The translations under genes and the position numbers were made by a program. A stretch of DNA of 64,000 nucleotides from an uncultured delta proteobacterium (GTDB lineage Bacteria; Myxococcota; Myxococcia; Myxococcales; Anaeromyxobacteraceae). How positions within the stretch are numbered: the first letter of the stretch is position 1; each line of letters begins with the position of its first letter. Shown here piece after piece: positions 8,785 through 20,477 of the stretch. The stretch is taken from positions 160,001 through 224,000 of the forward strand of contig CAWHDZ010000015.1 of assembly GCA_963828255.1 (NCBI GenBank). Direction: 5' to 3'. Below the pieces are notes generated by a model. The model made no database searches, had not been told where the DNA came from, and was given only the letters and a program-made list of their open reading frames with translations.

Positions 8785-9894
8785 GTGAATCCGGGAAGCG
8801 GCGCTCCCCTGCTGCTCGCGGCGGCGCTCCTCCTCGCCTCCCCGGCCCGCGCCGTCGAGGTGGTGCGTATCTCGGTGGCCGCGGGCGCCGCCGAGGCGGA
8901 ACTCTCCGGACCCGGGCTCGCCGTCGAGCCCCTGCGGGAGGGGGCGGTCCGGCAGCCCGTCGCCGGGGGGAGGGCCCGCCTGCGCCTCGACGGGGATCGG
9001 CTGCTCCTCGACGGCAAGGCCGTGGACGGGGCGGGGCTCCTCTTCTCCTCCAGCGGATCGATCCGCTGCGCCGGCCGGGAACTCTCCGGGCAGGTGGAGG
9101 TCCGCCGGGCCCCGGGCGGGCTCTCGGTCATCGACGTGCTCCCCATGGAGGAGTACGTGGGTGCGGTCATCGGCGGGGAGATGCCACCGTCATTCCCGAC
9201 CGAGGCGCTCAAGGCCCAGGCGGTGGCGGCGCGGTCCTTCGCCGTGCGGAAGAAGATCGAGGCCCGCGAGCAGGCCCTGGACTTCGACCTCGGCTCGACC
9301 GTCCTCGACCAGGTCTACCCGGGCTCGGGGCGGGCCGACCCGCGCGCCCGGGCGGCGGCGCTGGCCACCGCCGGCGAGGTGCTGGTGAAGGACCACCTGA
9401 TCGTGGAGGCCTATTTCCACTCCGCGTGCGGTGGCCGCACGGAGCGCGGCGCCGACGCACTCGGCCGCGACCTGCCCTACCTGGCGTCTGTTCCCTGCGA
9501 GCGCTGCAAGGGTTCGCCGGCCCATCGCTGGTCGCTGCGCATTCCCGCCGCGGAGGTGGGGAAGGCGGCCGGTCTCCCCGGGGAGGCGAAGCGGCTCGAG
9601 GTGCTGCGGACCACCTCCACCGGGCGCGCCGCACGGGTCTCGGTGGAGGGAGGGGGGGCCAAGGTGATCCTCGACGGGGGGGAGTTCCGTCGCCGCCTGG
9701 GCTACGACCGGCTCCCGTCCCTGGCCTTCACCGTGACGCCGGTGAGCGGGGCGTTCCTGCTCTCGGGGAAGGGCCGGGGGCACGGCGCCGGGATGTGCCA
9801 GTGGGGCGCGGCCGGGTGGGCCAGGGCCGGTGCGGACCACCGGGCCATCCTGTCCCGGTACTACCCGGGCGCGGAGATCACCCGGATGTACTGA
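8785..9894 (+). CDS. SpoIID/LytB domain protein (peptidoglycan lytic transglycosylase-like)
   Basis: Signal peptide; EEYVGAVIGGEM, EALKAQAVAARS, FHSACGGRTE, GHGAGMCQWGA. Confidence 0.85.
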   Translation: MNPGSGAPLLLAAALLLASPARAVEVVRISVAAGAAEAELSGPGLAVEPLREGAVRQPVAGGRARLRLDGDRLLLDGKAVDGAGLLFSSSGSIRCAGRELSGQVEVRRAPGGLSVIDVLPMEEYVGAVIGGEMPPSFPTEALKAQAVAARSFAVRKKIEAREQALDFDLGSTVLDQVYPGSGRADPRARAAALATAGEVLVKDHLIVEAYFHSACGGRTERGADALGRDLPYLASVPCERCKGSPAHRWSLRIPAAEVGKAAGLPGEAKRLEVLRTTSTGRAARVSVEGGGAKVILDGGEFRRRLGYDRLPSLAFTVTPVSGAFLLSGKGRGHGAGMCQWGAAGWARAGADHRAILSRYYPGAEITRMY

Positions 9895-9907
9895 CGGGAT
9901 GGGGCCG

Positions 9908-10948
9908 ATGGAACTCTCCGAGCTCGACTTCGCGCTCCCCGATGAGCTCATCGCCCAGGCGCCGGTGGAGCCCCGGGGCGCCTCGCGCCTCCTCCTCCTC
10001 CCGCGCTCCGGCGGCGCGTCCCGGCACCTGCGCTTCGACGACCTGCCCGACCTGCTCGCGCCGGGCGATCTCCTGGTCCTGAACGACAGCCGCGTCATCC
10101 CGGCCCGCCTCATCGGACGCAAGTCGAGCGGGGGAAGGGTGGAGGTGCTCCTCGTCGAGCCGGCTGCCGCCGTCCCGCCGGGCGAGCCGTCCCGCTGGCT
10201 GGCGATGGCCCAGGCGTCGAAGCCCATCCGCGTCGGCACCTCCATCGACTTCGACGGGCTCGGTGCGGAGGTGGTGCGGGTCGAAGGGGAGGGGTTCTAC
10301 GAGGTCCGCTTCGACCGCGACGAGGCCGGGCTGGCCGGGGCGCTCGAGCGGGTCGGCCGGATCCCGCTCCCGCCCTACATCCGTCGCGCGCCGGACGCAG
10401 GCGACCGGGAGCGCTACCAGACGGTCGTCGCCCGCGAGCCGGGGAGCGTGGCAGCCCCCACCGCTGGTCTCCACTTCACGCCCGAACTCCTGGCCCGCCT
10501 CGCGTCGCGGGGAGTCGCGCGGGCCACCGTGACGCTGCACGTCGGTCCGGGGACCTTCCTGCCGGTGCGGACCTCCAGGCTGGAGGAGCACCGGATGCAC
10601 TCCGAGCGGTACGAGGTGCCGGAGGCGACCTGTCGCGCGTTTGACGCAGCGCGTAGGAGCGGCGGGCGCGTCGTCGCGGTCGGGACCACGGCGGTCCGGA
10701 CGCTCGAGAGCGCCATCACACCCGACGGGCTCACCGCCGGCCCGGGGCGAACCGGGATCTTCATCCTGCCCGGTCACGCGTTCCGGGCCGTGGACGGACT
10801 GTTAACGAATTTTCACCTGCCGCGATCGACCTTGCTGGCCCTGGTCTGCGCCTTCGGTGGAACGGAACGGGTGCTCCGGGCCTACCGCGAGGCGGTGTCG
10901 GCGAGGTATCGTTTCTTCAGCTACGGCGACGCGATGGCGGTCCTCTGA
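9908..10948 (+). CDS. queA: S-adenosylmethionine:tRNA ribosyltransferase-isomerase
   Basis: LPDELIAQ, PLPPYI, GSVAAPTAGLHFT, TNFHLPRSTL, YRFFSYGDAM. Confidence 0.95.
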   Translation: MELSELDFALPDELIAQAPVEPRGASRLLLLPRSGGASRHLRFDDLPDLLAPGDLLVLNDSRVIPARLIGRKSSGGRVEVLLVEPAAAVPPGEPSRWLAMAQASKPIRVGTSIDFDGLGAEVVRVEGEGFYEVRFDRDEAGLAGALERVGRIPLPPYIRRAPDAGDRERYQTVVAREPGSVAAPTAGLHFTPELLARLASRGVARATVTLHVGPGTFLPVRTSRLEEHRMHSERYEVPEATCRAFDAARRSGGRVVAVGTTAVRTLESAITPDGLTAGPGRTGIFILPGHAFRAVDGLLTNFHLPRSTLLALVCAFGGTERVLRAYREAVSARYRFFSYGDAMAVL

Positions 10949-10995
10949 GAAAAGTAGAAAGTCCGACGGGTCGTGCCACCCTTGTCTCGTTAGAT

Positions 10996-12844
<1,849 letters not shown>

Positions 12845-12948
12845 GGACGCCATGCCGGGCCGGCTTCCCCCAGGTGTCGTTTCGGGGGTTGCTTGCCGGC
12901 GCAAAGTGTGGCTAAAACACGACGCTTTTTCCAATGACCGGAGCATCC

Positions 12949-13296
12949 ATGCACTCGATCCTCACGGCCTTCCTCGCGCAGACCGCGCCGGACGCGCCGA
13001 ATCCCCTGATGCAGCTCGTCCCCTTCGTCCTCATCGCCGTGGTCTTCTACCTGGTGTTCTTCCGCCCCCAGCAGAAGCAGGTGAAGAAGCACCAGAAGTT
13101 CGTGTCCGAGCTGCAGAAGGGGCAGGACGTCGTCACCCAGGGCGGCATGATCGGCAAGATCTTCCAGGTCGAGGACAAGACCGTGACGCTCGACTTCGGG
13201 GGCGGCAACAAGATCCGCTTCGTGAAGGGTCAGATCGCGGGCTCATGGTCCGACGAGACCGGCTCCTCCGAGAAGGACGCCAAGGAGAAGAAGTAG
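12949..13296 (+). CDS. yajC: Preprotein translocase subunit YajC
   Basis: FYLVFFRPQQK, LQKGQDVVTQGGMIG; lies between tgt and secD. Confidence 0.9.
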   Translation: MHSILTAFLAQTAPDAPNPLMQLVPFVLIAVVFYLVFFRPQQKQVKKHQKFVSELQKGQDVVTQGGMIGKIFQVEDKTVTLDFGGGNKIRFVKGQIAGSWSDETGSSEKDAKEKK

Positions 13297-15126
13297 ATGG
13301 AGCGCAACTGGTACTGGCGGCTGGGGCTCGTCCTCGCCGTCCTCTTCTGGTCCATCTGGCAGCTCGTGCCCACCTGGGCCTACTTCCGCTTGCCCCCCGG
13401 CGAGCGAAACGGCCCGGAGTTCGAGCAGTCGGTCCCCGGCTGGGCGCCCGACGCGAAGAAGCACCTGAACCTCGGCCTCGACCTGCAGGGGGGCATCCTG
13501 CTGGCCATGGGCGTGGACGTCGATCGGGCCGTGAAGGCCAAGGTCGTCCGCCGCGCCGACGAGATCTTCGACTTCCTCAAGGGGAAGAACCTGCCTGTCA
13601 CCGCGGCGGGCCCGTCGGCCGACGGCAACCGCGTCGAGGTCAAGACCACCGACCCGAAGCAGGTCGAGCAGGTGGTCCAGGACTTCTACGGGGCCGAGAT
13701 GTCGTCCCCCGGCGGCGCGCCGGAAGGTTCGGTGTGGTTCGCCTTCCGGACCGACGTCATCAAGAACTTCAAGGAGAAGGCCGTCGAGCAGGCGGAGAAG
13801 ACCATCCGCAACCGCGTCGACAAGTGGGGCGTCTCCGAGCCGGACATCAAGCGCAAGCAGAACGCCCAGATCCAGATCCAGCTCCCCGGATTCAAGGACC
13901 CGGGCAAGGCCAAGGACCTGCTCGGCCGCACCGCGCAGCTCGAGTTCAAGATCGCCGACGACGAGTCGACTGCGCTCGACGCCATCCGCACGGAGATGCC
14001 ACCCTGCCCGCAGGGGCCGGACGGCGGCATCGCGCTGCCGCTCCCGGTCACCGGCTGCTACTACGTCGAGCAGGTGGACCTTCCCTCCGGCATCCGGCGC
14101 CAGTCCACCTACGTGGCCACCGGCAAGCGCACCGACCTCGACGTGATCATCGAGAAGTCGCTGAAGCCCCGCATCACGCGCGACCAGGAGATCGGGATCG
14201 GCGAGGTCGTGGTCGGCCAGGGGCTCGTGAAGGAGCGCTTCTACCGGACCTACCTGCTCCGCGCCAAGACCGAGCTGACCGGCGACTACATCTCCGACGC
14301 CCGCCCCTCGGTGGACAACTCCAAGGGGGCAGGCGACCCGGTGGTGGCCTTCGCGATGTCGGCGGAGGGGGCCCGGCTCATGGAGCGGCTCACCACCGAC
14401 AACCTGGGGCGCCGCATGGCCATCGTGCTCGACTCCAAGGTGGAGAGCGCGCCCTACATCCAGGGCAAGATCTCCAGCAACGGGCAGATCACGCTGGGCA
14501 CCGGCCGCAACTACCAGGAGAAGTTCCAGGAGGCGAACGACATCTCGATCGTCCTCAAGGCCGGTGCGCTCCCCGCCCCGGTGACCATCTTCGAGGAGCG
14601 CAGCGTGGGCGCCACCCTCGGGCCGGAACTGGTGCGCAAGGGCACCATCGCCGCGCTCGTGGGCCTGGGCGCGGTCATGCTCTTCATGCTGCTCTACTAC
14701 CGGGCGAGCGGCCTCATCGCCAACGTCGCGCTGGTGGAGAACGGCCTGCTCGTGCTCGCCATCATGTCGCTGCTCGGTTCCACGCTCACGCTGCCGGGCA
14801 TCGCCGGCTTCGTGCTCACCCTGGGCATGGCGGTGGACGCCAACGTCCTCATCAACGAGCGCATCCGCGAGGAACTGCGCGCCGGCAAGACGGTCCGGCA
14901 GGCGGTGGACCAGGGCTACGACAAGGTCTTCTGGACCATCGTGGACAGCCACGTCACCGCGCTGGTGGCGGCCGTGGTCCTGATGCAGTACGGCTCCGGC
15001 CCGGTACGCGGGTTCGCCGTCACCCTGATCATCGGCCTCCTCGCGTCGATGTTCACCTCCATCGTCGTCACCCGCGTGATCGTCGACTGGACCACGCGCC
15101 ACGACAACGCCCGGCTGAGCGTCTGA
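13297..15126 (+). CDS. secD: Protein translocase subunit SecD
   Basis: LGLDLQGG, RNRVDKWGVSEP, GMAVDANVLINERIREE. Confidence 0.95.
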   Translation: MERNWYWRLGLVLAVLFWSIWQLVPTWAYFRLPPGERNGPEFEQSVPGWAPDAKKHLNLGLDLQGGILLAMGVDVDRAVKAKVVRRADEIFDFLKGKNLPVTAAGPSADGNRVEVKTTDPKQVEQVVQDFYGAEMSSPGGAPEGSVWFAFRTDVIKNFKEKAVEQAEKTIRNRVDKWGVSEPDIKRKQNAQIQIQLPGFKDPGKAKDLLGRTAQLEFKIADDESTALDAIRTEMPPCPQGPDGGIALPLPVTGCYYVEQVDLPSGIRRQSTYVATGKRTDLDVIIEKSLKPRITRDQEIGIGEVVVGQGLVKERFYRTYLLRAKTELTGDYISDARPSVDNSKGAGDPVVAFAMSAEGARLMERLTTDNLGRRMAIVLDSKVESAPYIQGKISSNGQITLGTGRNYQEKFQEANDISIVLKAGALPAPVTIFEERSVGATLGPELVRKGTIAALVGLGAVMLFMLLYYRASGLIANVALVENGLLVLAIMSLLGSTLTLPGIAGFVLTLGMAVDANVLINERIREELRAGKTVRQAVDQGYDKVFWTIVDSHVTALVAAVVLMQYGSGPVRGFAVTLIIGLLASMFTSIVVTRVIVDWTTRHDNARLSV

Positions 15127-16304
15127 TGCAATTCAAGAGCTTCGACATCGTCCCCCACGGGACCAAGTTCGACTTCGTCGGGAAGCGCAAGATCGCGCTC
15201 ATCCTGTCCACCCTCTTCAACCTGTCGGTGATCCTCTGGGCGCTCCCCCAGGTCCACGGCCTCAACTACGGGGTGGACTTCGCGGGCGGCACCGAGATGC
15301 AGGTGAAGTTCGACAAGGCGGTGGATCCCGGCGAGGTCCGGAAGCACATCGAGGCCCTCGGCTTCACGGACGCCGTGGTCCAGACCTACGGCCCGGAGAG
15401 CGAGCACAGCTACCTCATCCGCGTCGGGCGCGTGGCGCTGCTCACGCCCGAGGACGCCGCCCGCATCGTGGCGGCCGTGAAGGCGAAGTTCCCGGTCATC
15501 GGCCAGCCGGCCTTCAGCCCCGAGGTGGGCGACAAGATCGACTTCGAGTTCCAGGTGCTCCCATCCCAGGCCGAGTTGCAGGCGGTCGTCGAGTCGACCG
15601 GGGTCAAGGTCAGGGAGATCCGGGAGGAGGCGGGGCTCACCGCCGGGACCCGGTCGCTGGCCGTCCTCACCCAGGGCATCCAGGACCGCGTCGAGAAGGA
15701 GCTCGCCGCCCGCTTCGCCGACGCCACGCCCCAGGTGCTCCGGGTCGAGTACGTCGGCCCGGCGGTGGGGCGCGAGCTCCGCAACCAGGGGTTCAAGGCC
15801 ATCATCTACGCCATCGCGCTCATCGTGGTCTACGTCGGTCTTCGCTTCGACTTCCGGTTCTCCCCCGGGGTGGTCATCGCCATCCTGCACGACGCCATCG
15901 TCACGCTCGGTTACTTCGCCTTCACCGGCCGGGAGTTCAACCTCACCTCGGTGGCGGTCATCCTCACGGTGGTCGGCTACTCGGTGAACGACACGGTCGT
16001 GGTCTACGACCGGATCCGCGAGAACCAGGGCAAGCTCAAGGGCAAGAAGCTCGCCGACATCGTCAACGTCTCCATCAACGAGACCCTGGGCCGGACCATC
16101 CTCACCTCGTTCGCGACGTCGCTTTCCCTGCTCGGGCTCCTCATCTTCGGCGTCGGAACCATCTTCGACTTCGCCATGGCCATGCTCATCGGCATCGTCT
16201 CCGGCACCTATTCCACCTGGTTCATCGCCGCTCCGATGACCATCTGGCTCGAGGAGAGGGCCGAGGCGGCGAAGCAGAGGAAGGGCGGCGCCCGCGCCGC
16301 GTGA
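15126..16304 (+). CDS. secF: Protein translocase subunit SecF
   Basis: GVDFAGG, VGPAVG, GYSVNDTVVVYDRIRE, RTILTS. Confidence 0.95.
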   Translation: MQFKSFDIVPHGTKFDFVGKRKIALILSTLFNLSVILWALPQVHGLNYGVDFAGGTEMQVKFDKAVDPGEVRKHIEALGFTDAVVQTYGPESEHSYLIRVGRVALLTPEDAARIVAAVKAKFPVIGQPAFSPEVGDKIDFEFQVLPSQAELQAVVESTGVKVREIREEAGLTAGTRSLAVLTQGIQDRVEKELAARFADATPQVLRVEYVGPAVGRELRNQGFKAIIYAIALIVVYVGLRFDFRFSPGVVIAILHDAIVTLGYFAFTGREFNLTSVAVILTVVGYSVNDTVVVYDRIRENQGKLKGKKLADIVNVSINETLGRTILTSFATSLSLLGLLIFGVGTIFDFAMAMLIGIVSGTYSTWFIAAPMTIWLEERAEAAKQRKGGARAA

Positions 16305-16336
16305 CGACCGGGTAGATTAGGAAAGATTCATGATCG

Positions 16337-16366
16337 CGAGGGGCCCGTCGAAAGCCGGGCCCCTCG
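16337..16366 (+). terminator. GC-rich hairpin with GAAA loop downstream of secF (terminator-like, no clear U-tract)
   Basis: CGAGGGGCCCGTC-GAAA-GCCGGGCCCCTCG, 12 of 13 bp paired. Confidence 0.4.
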
Positions 16367-16443
16367 TCCCATTTCCGGGGTACACGAGTGGGCCCCGAAC
16401 AGGTACCTTTCCGGGGCTCGCGGAACGGTGAGGAGATTCACGC

Positions 16444-18660
16444 GTGGACATGGTGTCGAGCGCCGTCGCAGCGGCCGCCGTGCTGCTGGCGATCGTCATG
16501 GCTGTCGGCCACGTGGTCAAGCGGCGCCGCAGGATGGCGCACGACGCCGTGGTGCTCAAGGACAAGCAGGAGAAGAACCTCCACATCCCGCGGTCGCTCC
16601 ACCCCGTCATCGACACGGACATCTGCATCGGATCCCTCTCCTGCCTGAAGGCCTGCCCGGAGGGGGACATCCTGGGCATCCAGAAAGGCACGGCGACCCT
16701 GGTCCACGCCGACCACTGCATCGGTCACGGCCGGTGCGCCGCGGAGTGCCCCGTCCAGGCCATCCGCCTCGTGATGGGAACCCACGAGCGAGGCGTGGAC
16801 CTCCCCGAGGTGGACGAGTACTTCGAGTCGAGCCGGCCCGGGGTCCACGTGGTGGGTGAACTGGGCGGGATGGGGCTCCTGCGCAACGCCGTCCGGCAGG
16901 GGCTGCACGCCGCCAAGCGGCTCGACGGAATCCTCCCCAAGGGGGGCGGCGGCAAGGCGGTGGACGTGGTCATCGTCGGCGCCGGCGCGGCCGGCCTCGC
17001 CACCGCGTGCGCGCTCCACGAGGCGGGGCGGAGCTACAGGCTCCTCGAGCAGGGGACCTGGGGCGGCACGATGTACCACTACCCGCGCCGGAAGATCGTC
17101 ATGACCGAGCCCGCCACCATCCCGGGCTTCGGCAAGATCGGAAAGTCCATCATCAGCAAGGAGGAGCTGCTCGAGACCTGGGGCAAGGCCATCGAGAAGA
17201 TCCAGGTGAAGGTCGACGAGGGGATCCAGGTCACCGGCATCGACGGCGAGGACGGCGCCTTCGCGGTCCACACCACGAAGGGGATCATCGACGCACGCAA
17301 GGTCGTGCTCGCCTGCGGCCGCCGCGGCACGCCGAGGAAGATGGGGGTCCCGGGCGAGGAGCTCCAGAAGGTCACCTACGGCTTCACCGACGCCGAGCAG
17401 TACGGCGGGCGGCGGGTCCTCGTGGTGGGCGGAGGCGACTCGGCCCTCGAGGCGGCCATCCAGATCGCCGAGCTGGGCACCTCCGAGGTGGCGCTCTCCT
17501 ACCGCGGCGCCGAGCTCGGACGGGCCCGGCAGGCCAACCGGGACAAGCTGACCGCCCTCTCCGAGGCCGGGCAGCTCACGCTGCTCCTGCCCTCGCAGAT
17601 CAAGTACGTCACCGAGACCGAGGTCCGACTCGAATGGGACGGGCGCGAGATGCGCCTGCCCAACGACGACATCATCGTCAACATCGGCGGCGACCCGCCC
17701 GACGGCTTCCTCAAGAAGGCCGGCGTGGAGATGCGCCGCTACAAGGGGGAGCAGCTCGGGGCCAAGACCGGCGAGGACTACGTCAGCGAGGAGGAGATGA
17801 AGATGCGCCGGAGGCTGCGGCGCACGCTGGCGCTCTACGCCTGCCTGGGAGCCACCATCGTGGCCTACCTGGCCTACAAGGGCTGGGGCTACTACCAGCT
17901 CACCACCATGGCCCGGCTTCGGTCGCCGATGCACGGCGCCTTCAAGTCGGCGGGGCCGTGGGGGCACGGGGTGGGGATCGTGGCCACGGTCTTCATGCTC
18001 TCGAACTTCCTCTACCCGGTGCGCAAGCGCACCCGGTCCCTGACCGGCCTGGGGGACATCCGCGACTGGCTCAACTTCCACGTCTTCGTGGGGTTCATGA
18101 GCCCGCTCGTCATCGCGTTCCACGCCGCGTTCCAGTCGAACAACGTGCTCGCCACCGCGACCGCCATCGCGCTCGGGATCGTGGTGGGCACCGGGCTCAT
18201 CGGCCGCTTCATCTACGGGCTCGTTCCCTCCGTGGACGGCCACGCCGAGGAGCTCGAGCTCATCTCCGGCCGGTTCGAGCGGCTCCGGTCCACCGTTGAG
18301 CCGATGCTCGCCGGGGCCCGGGAGAGGAACCGGCTCGACAAGCTGGTGGCCTCGGCGACGGCCCAGGTTCCGAAGAGCTCTCTCATCGTCGCCCTCCTGC
18401 GGGAGCCGCTGTCCGGGCTGCGCTTCCGGTTTCGCCTCCTGCGGGTGCGGTTCCTCTTCACCGGGACGTCGCAGTACACTCGATTTCGCATCTCGGTGCT
18501 GCGCCTGCGCCGGCTCCGTTTCCAGATCGCCTTTTACGGCGGCCTGCGAAACCTGCTACGAAACTGGCGTGTCATGCACGCCTCCCTGGCGGTCTTCCTC
18601 GTCTTCGTCATGACCGTGCACATCGGCGTCTCGCTCTACCTGGGCTACGGACTGAAATGA
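16444..18660 (+). CDS. Membrane-anchored ferredoxin / TrxB-like FAD-NAD(P)H oxidoreductase fused to a diheme cytochrome b (ferric-reductase-like) membrane domain
   Basis: N-terminal TM; CIGSLSCLKACP and CIGHGRCAAECP; VGAGAAG; GGGDSA..YRG; C-terminal TM helices with two His pairs each 14 residues apart; AGGAG RBS. Confidence 0.8.
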   Translation: MDMVSSAVAAAAVLLAIVMAVGHVVKRRRRMAHDAVVLKDKQEKNLHIPRSLHPVIDTDICIGSLSCLKACPEGDILGIQKGTATLVHADHCIGHGRCAAECPVQAIRLVMGTHERGVDLPEVDEYFESSRPGVHVVGELGGMGLLRNAVRQGLHAAKRLDGILPKGGGGKAVDVVIVGAGAAGLATACALHEAGRSYRLLEQGTWGGTMYHYPRRKIVMTEPATIPGFGKIGKSIISKEELLETWGKAIEKIQVKVDEGIQVTGIDGEDGAFAVHTTKGIIDARKVVLACGRRGTPRKMGVPGEELQKVTYGFTDAEQYGGRRVLVVGGGDSALEAAIQIAELGTSEVALSYRGAELGRARQANRDKLTALSEAGQLTLLLPSQIKYVTETEVRLEWDGREMRLPNDDIIVNIGGDPPDGFLKKAGVEMRRYKGEQLGAKTGEDYVSEEEMKMRRRLRRTLALYACLGATIVAYLAYKGWGYYQLTTMARLRSPMHGAFKSAGPWGHGVGIVATVFMLSNFLYPVRKRTRSLTGLGDIRDWLNFHVFVGFMSPLVIAFHAAFQSNNVLATATAIALGIVVGTGLIGRFIYGLVPSVDGHAEELELISGRFERLRSTVEPMLAGARERNRLDKLVASATAQVPKSSLIVALLREPLSGLRFRFRLLRVRFLFTGTSQYTRFRISVLRLRRLRFQIAFYGGLRNLLRNWRVMHASLAVFLVFVMTVHIGVSLYLGYGLK

Positions 18661-20477
18661 CCAATCGACGAACCTGCACGGGTACCCGCCAGATCCTCGC
18701 CCCGCTGGCCGTCGCCGTCGCGCTGCTCGCCCTCCCGGCGCGGGCCGACCTCATCTCCCCCGGCGAGCTCTCCCGCGCCCACGAGAAGCTGGAGGGGCTA
18801 CAGAACTGCACCAAGTGCCACCCGGCCGGGAAGCAGTTCTCCGCCGAGAAGTGCCTGGAGTGCCACAAGGAGCTTCGCCCCAGCCTCTCTTCGGGGAAGG
18901 GGCTCCACGGACGGGCCTCCGAGAAGAAGTGCGAAGCCTGCCACCACGAGCACCACGGCAAGGACTTCCCGCAGATCGACTGGGGCGAGGCCGGGCAGAA
19001 GGCCTTCGACCACGCCAGGACCGGGTACCCCCTGGTCGGCAAGCACGCCAAGGCGAAGTGCGAGACCTGCCACGACCCCCGCCGCGTCACCGATCCCGCC
19101 GTGAAGGAGGTCCTGGCGAAGGGGCGCAAGAGCCTCCTCGGCGCGCCGGCAACCTGCGCCGGGTGCCACTTCGACGAGCACCGGACCCAGCTCGGGAACG
19201 ACTGCCAGAAGTGCCACGACCCCAACGCCTGGAAGCCCGCCACCAAGGGGTTCGACCACGCGTTGACCAAGTACCCGCTCAACGGGCTGCACGCCAAGGT
19301 CCCCTGCGCCAAGTGCCACGTTCCCCTGGTCGATCCGGAGGGCAAGCACACCTTCCCCCAGGCCGTCTCGGTCACCTACGCGAAGTACAAGCCGCTGCCC
19401 TTCGCCGCCTGCACCGACTGCCACAAGGACCCGCACCAGAACCGCTTCGGCGCGCTCTGCATCACCTGCCACGTCGTGGAGGGCTGGAAGGTCATGAAGG
19501 TGGGGCAGGGCGACAAGATCGCCTTCCACGAGAAGGCCCGCTACCAGCTCCGCGGCGCCCACCAGCAGGTGGAGTGCAAGTTCTGCCACGGTCCCTTCGA
19601 GGGGCAGGCGAAGGCGAGGTACAAGGACCTGGCGTTCAAGGCCTGCACCGACTGCCACCAGGACGCCCACCTCGGCCAGCTGGGGAAGGCCGGGCAGCCC
19701 CCGGCGGCCTGCGATCGCTGCCACGTCGTGCAGGGCTGGGTGCCGGTGCGCTTCGAGCTGGCCGAGCACCAGAAGACCAAGTACCCGCTCGAGGGCGCCC
19801 ACGTGGCCGTGGCCTGCGATCGCTGCCACGTGAAGACCAACAAGCTCGCCGAAAAGGCCCCGGCCGCGATGCGCGCCGAGATGAAGCGGCAGCGACGCCC
19901 GGTGAAGGTGAGCGAGTTCACCATGGAGAAGAAGGTGGACGGGAAGAAGTGCACCTCCTGCCACCGCGACGTCCACCAGGCGCAGTTCGAGAAGCGCATG
20001 GCGGTGGAGGGGTGCACGGCCTGCCATGACCAGGCCAGCTTCACGAAGACCAGGTTCGACCACGCCCGGGACACCAAGTTCCGGCTCGACGGAAAGCACG
20101 GCAAGACGGCCTGCGCCTCCTGCCACGCCGCCGCGACCGGAAAGGACGGGAAGCCCTACGTGAAGTACGCCGGTGCGCCCACGGCCTGCGCGAAGTGCCA
20201 CGCCGACCGGCACGCCGCCCAGTTCGCGGTGAAGAAGGTGACCCAGTGCGCCTCCTGCCACGGCGTCGAGGATTGGAAGAAGCTCAAGTTCGTCCACGCC
20301 GAGCCGTTCACGACCTACACGCTGACAGGCAAGCACGCCAAGGTGACCTGCGAGAAGTGCCACCCGCCGGTCAAGATCGGCACCCTCGAGATCAAGCGGT
20401 ACAAGCCGGTGTCGCGCGACTGCCAGGGATGCCACGCCGACTTCCACAAGGGCGCCTTCCGGGGGTACGAGCCGTGA
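18657..20477 (+). CDS. Exported multiheme cytochrome c, 20 CxxCH motifs
   Basis: Signal peptide ending ARA-D; 20 CxxCH counted; repeating FDH-TxYPLxGxH-CxxCH-CxxCH-DxH-CxxCH units; ATGA overlap. Confidence 0.9.
   Translation: MTNRRTCTGTRQILAPLAVAVALLALPARADLISPGELSRAHEKLEGLQNCTKCHPAGKQFSAEKCLECHKELRPSLSSGKGLHGRASEKKCEACHHEHHGKDFPQIDWGEAGQKAFDHARTGYPLVGKHAKAKCETCHDPRRVTDPAVKEVLAKGRKSLLGAPATCAGCHFDEHRTQLGNDCQKCHDPNAWKPATKGFDHALTKYPLNGLHAKVPCAKCHVPLVDPEGKHTFPQAVSVTYAKYKPLPFAACTDCHKDPHQNRFGALCITCHVVEGWKVMKVGQGDKIAFHEKARYQLRGAHQQVECKFCHGPFEGQAKARYKDLAFKACTDCHQDAHLGQLGKAGQPPAACDRCHVVQGWVPVRFELAEHQKTKYPLEGAHVAVACDRCHVKTNKLAEKAPAAMRAEMKRQRRPVKVSEFTMEKKVDGKKCTSCHRDVHQAQFEKRMAVEGCTACHDQASFTKTRFDHARDTKFRLDGKHGKTACASCHAAATGKDGKPYVKYAGAPTACAKCHADRHAAQFAVKKVTQCASCHGVEDWKKLKFVHAEPFTTYTLTGKHAKVTCEKCHPPVKIGTLEIKRYKPVSRDCQGCHADFHKGAFRGYEP

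Noticed and set aside
16337..16366. c-di-GMP-I riboswitch, suggested by the GAAA tetraloop
   Set aside because: Flanking GCAAA elements and second-stem consensus are absent.
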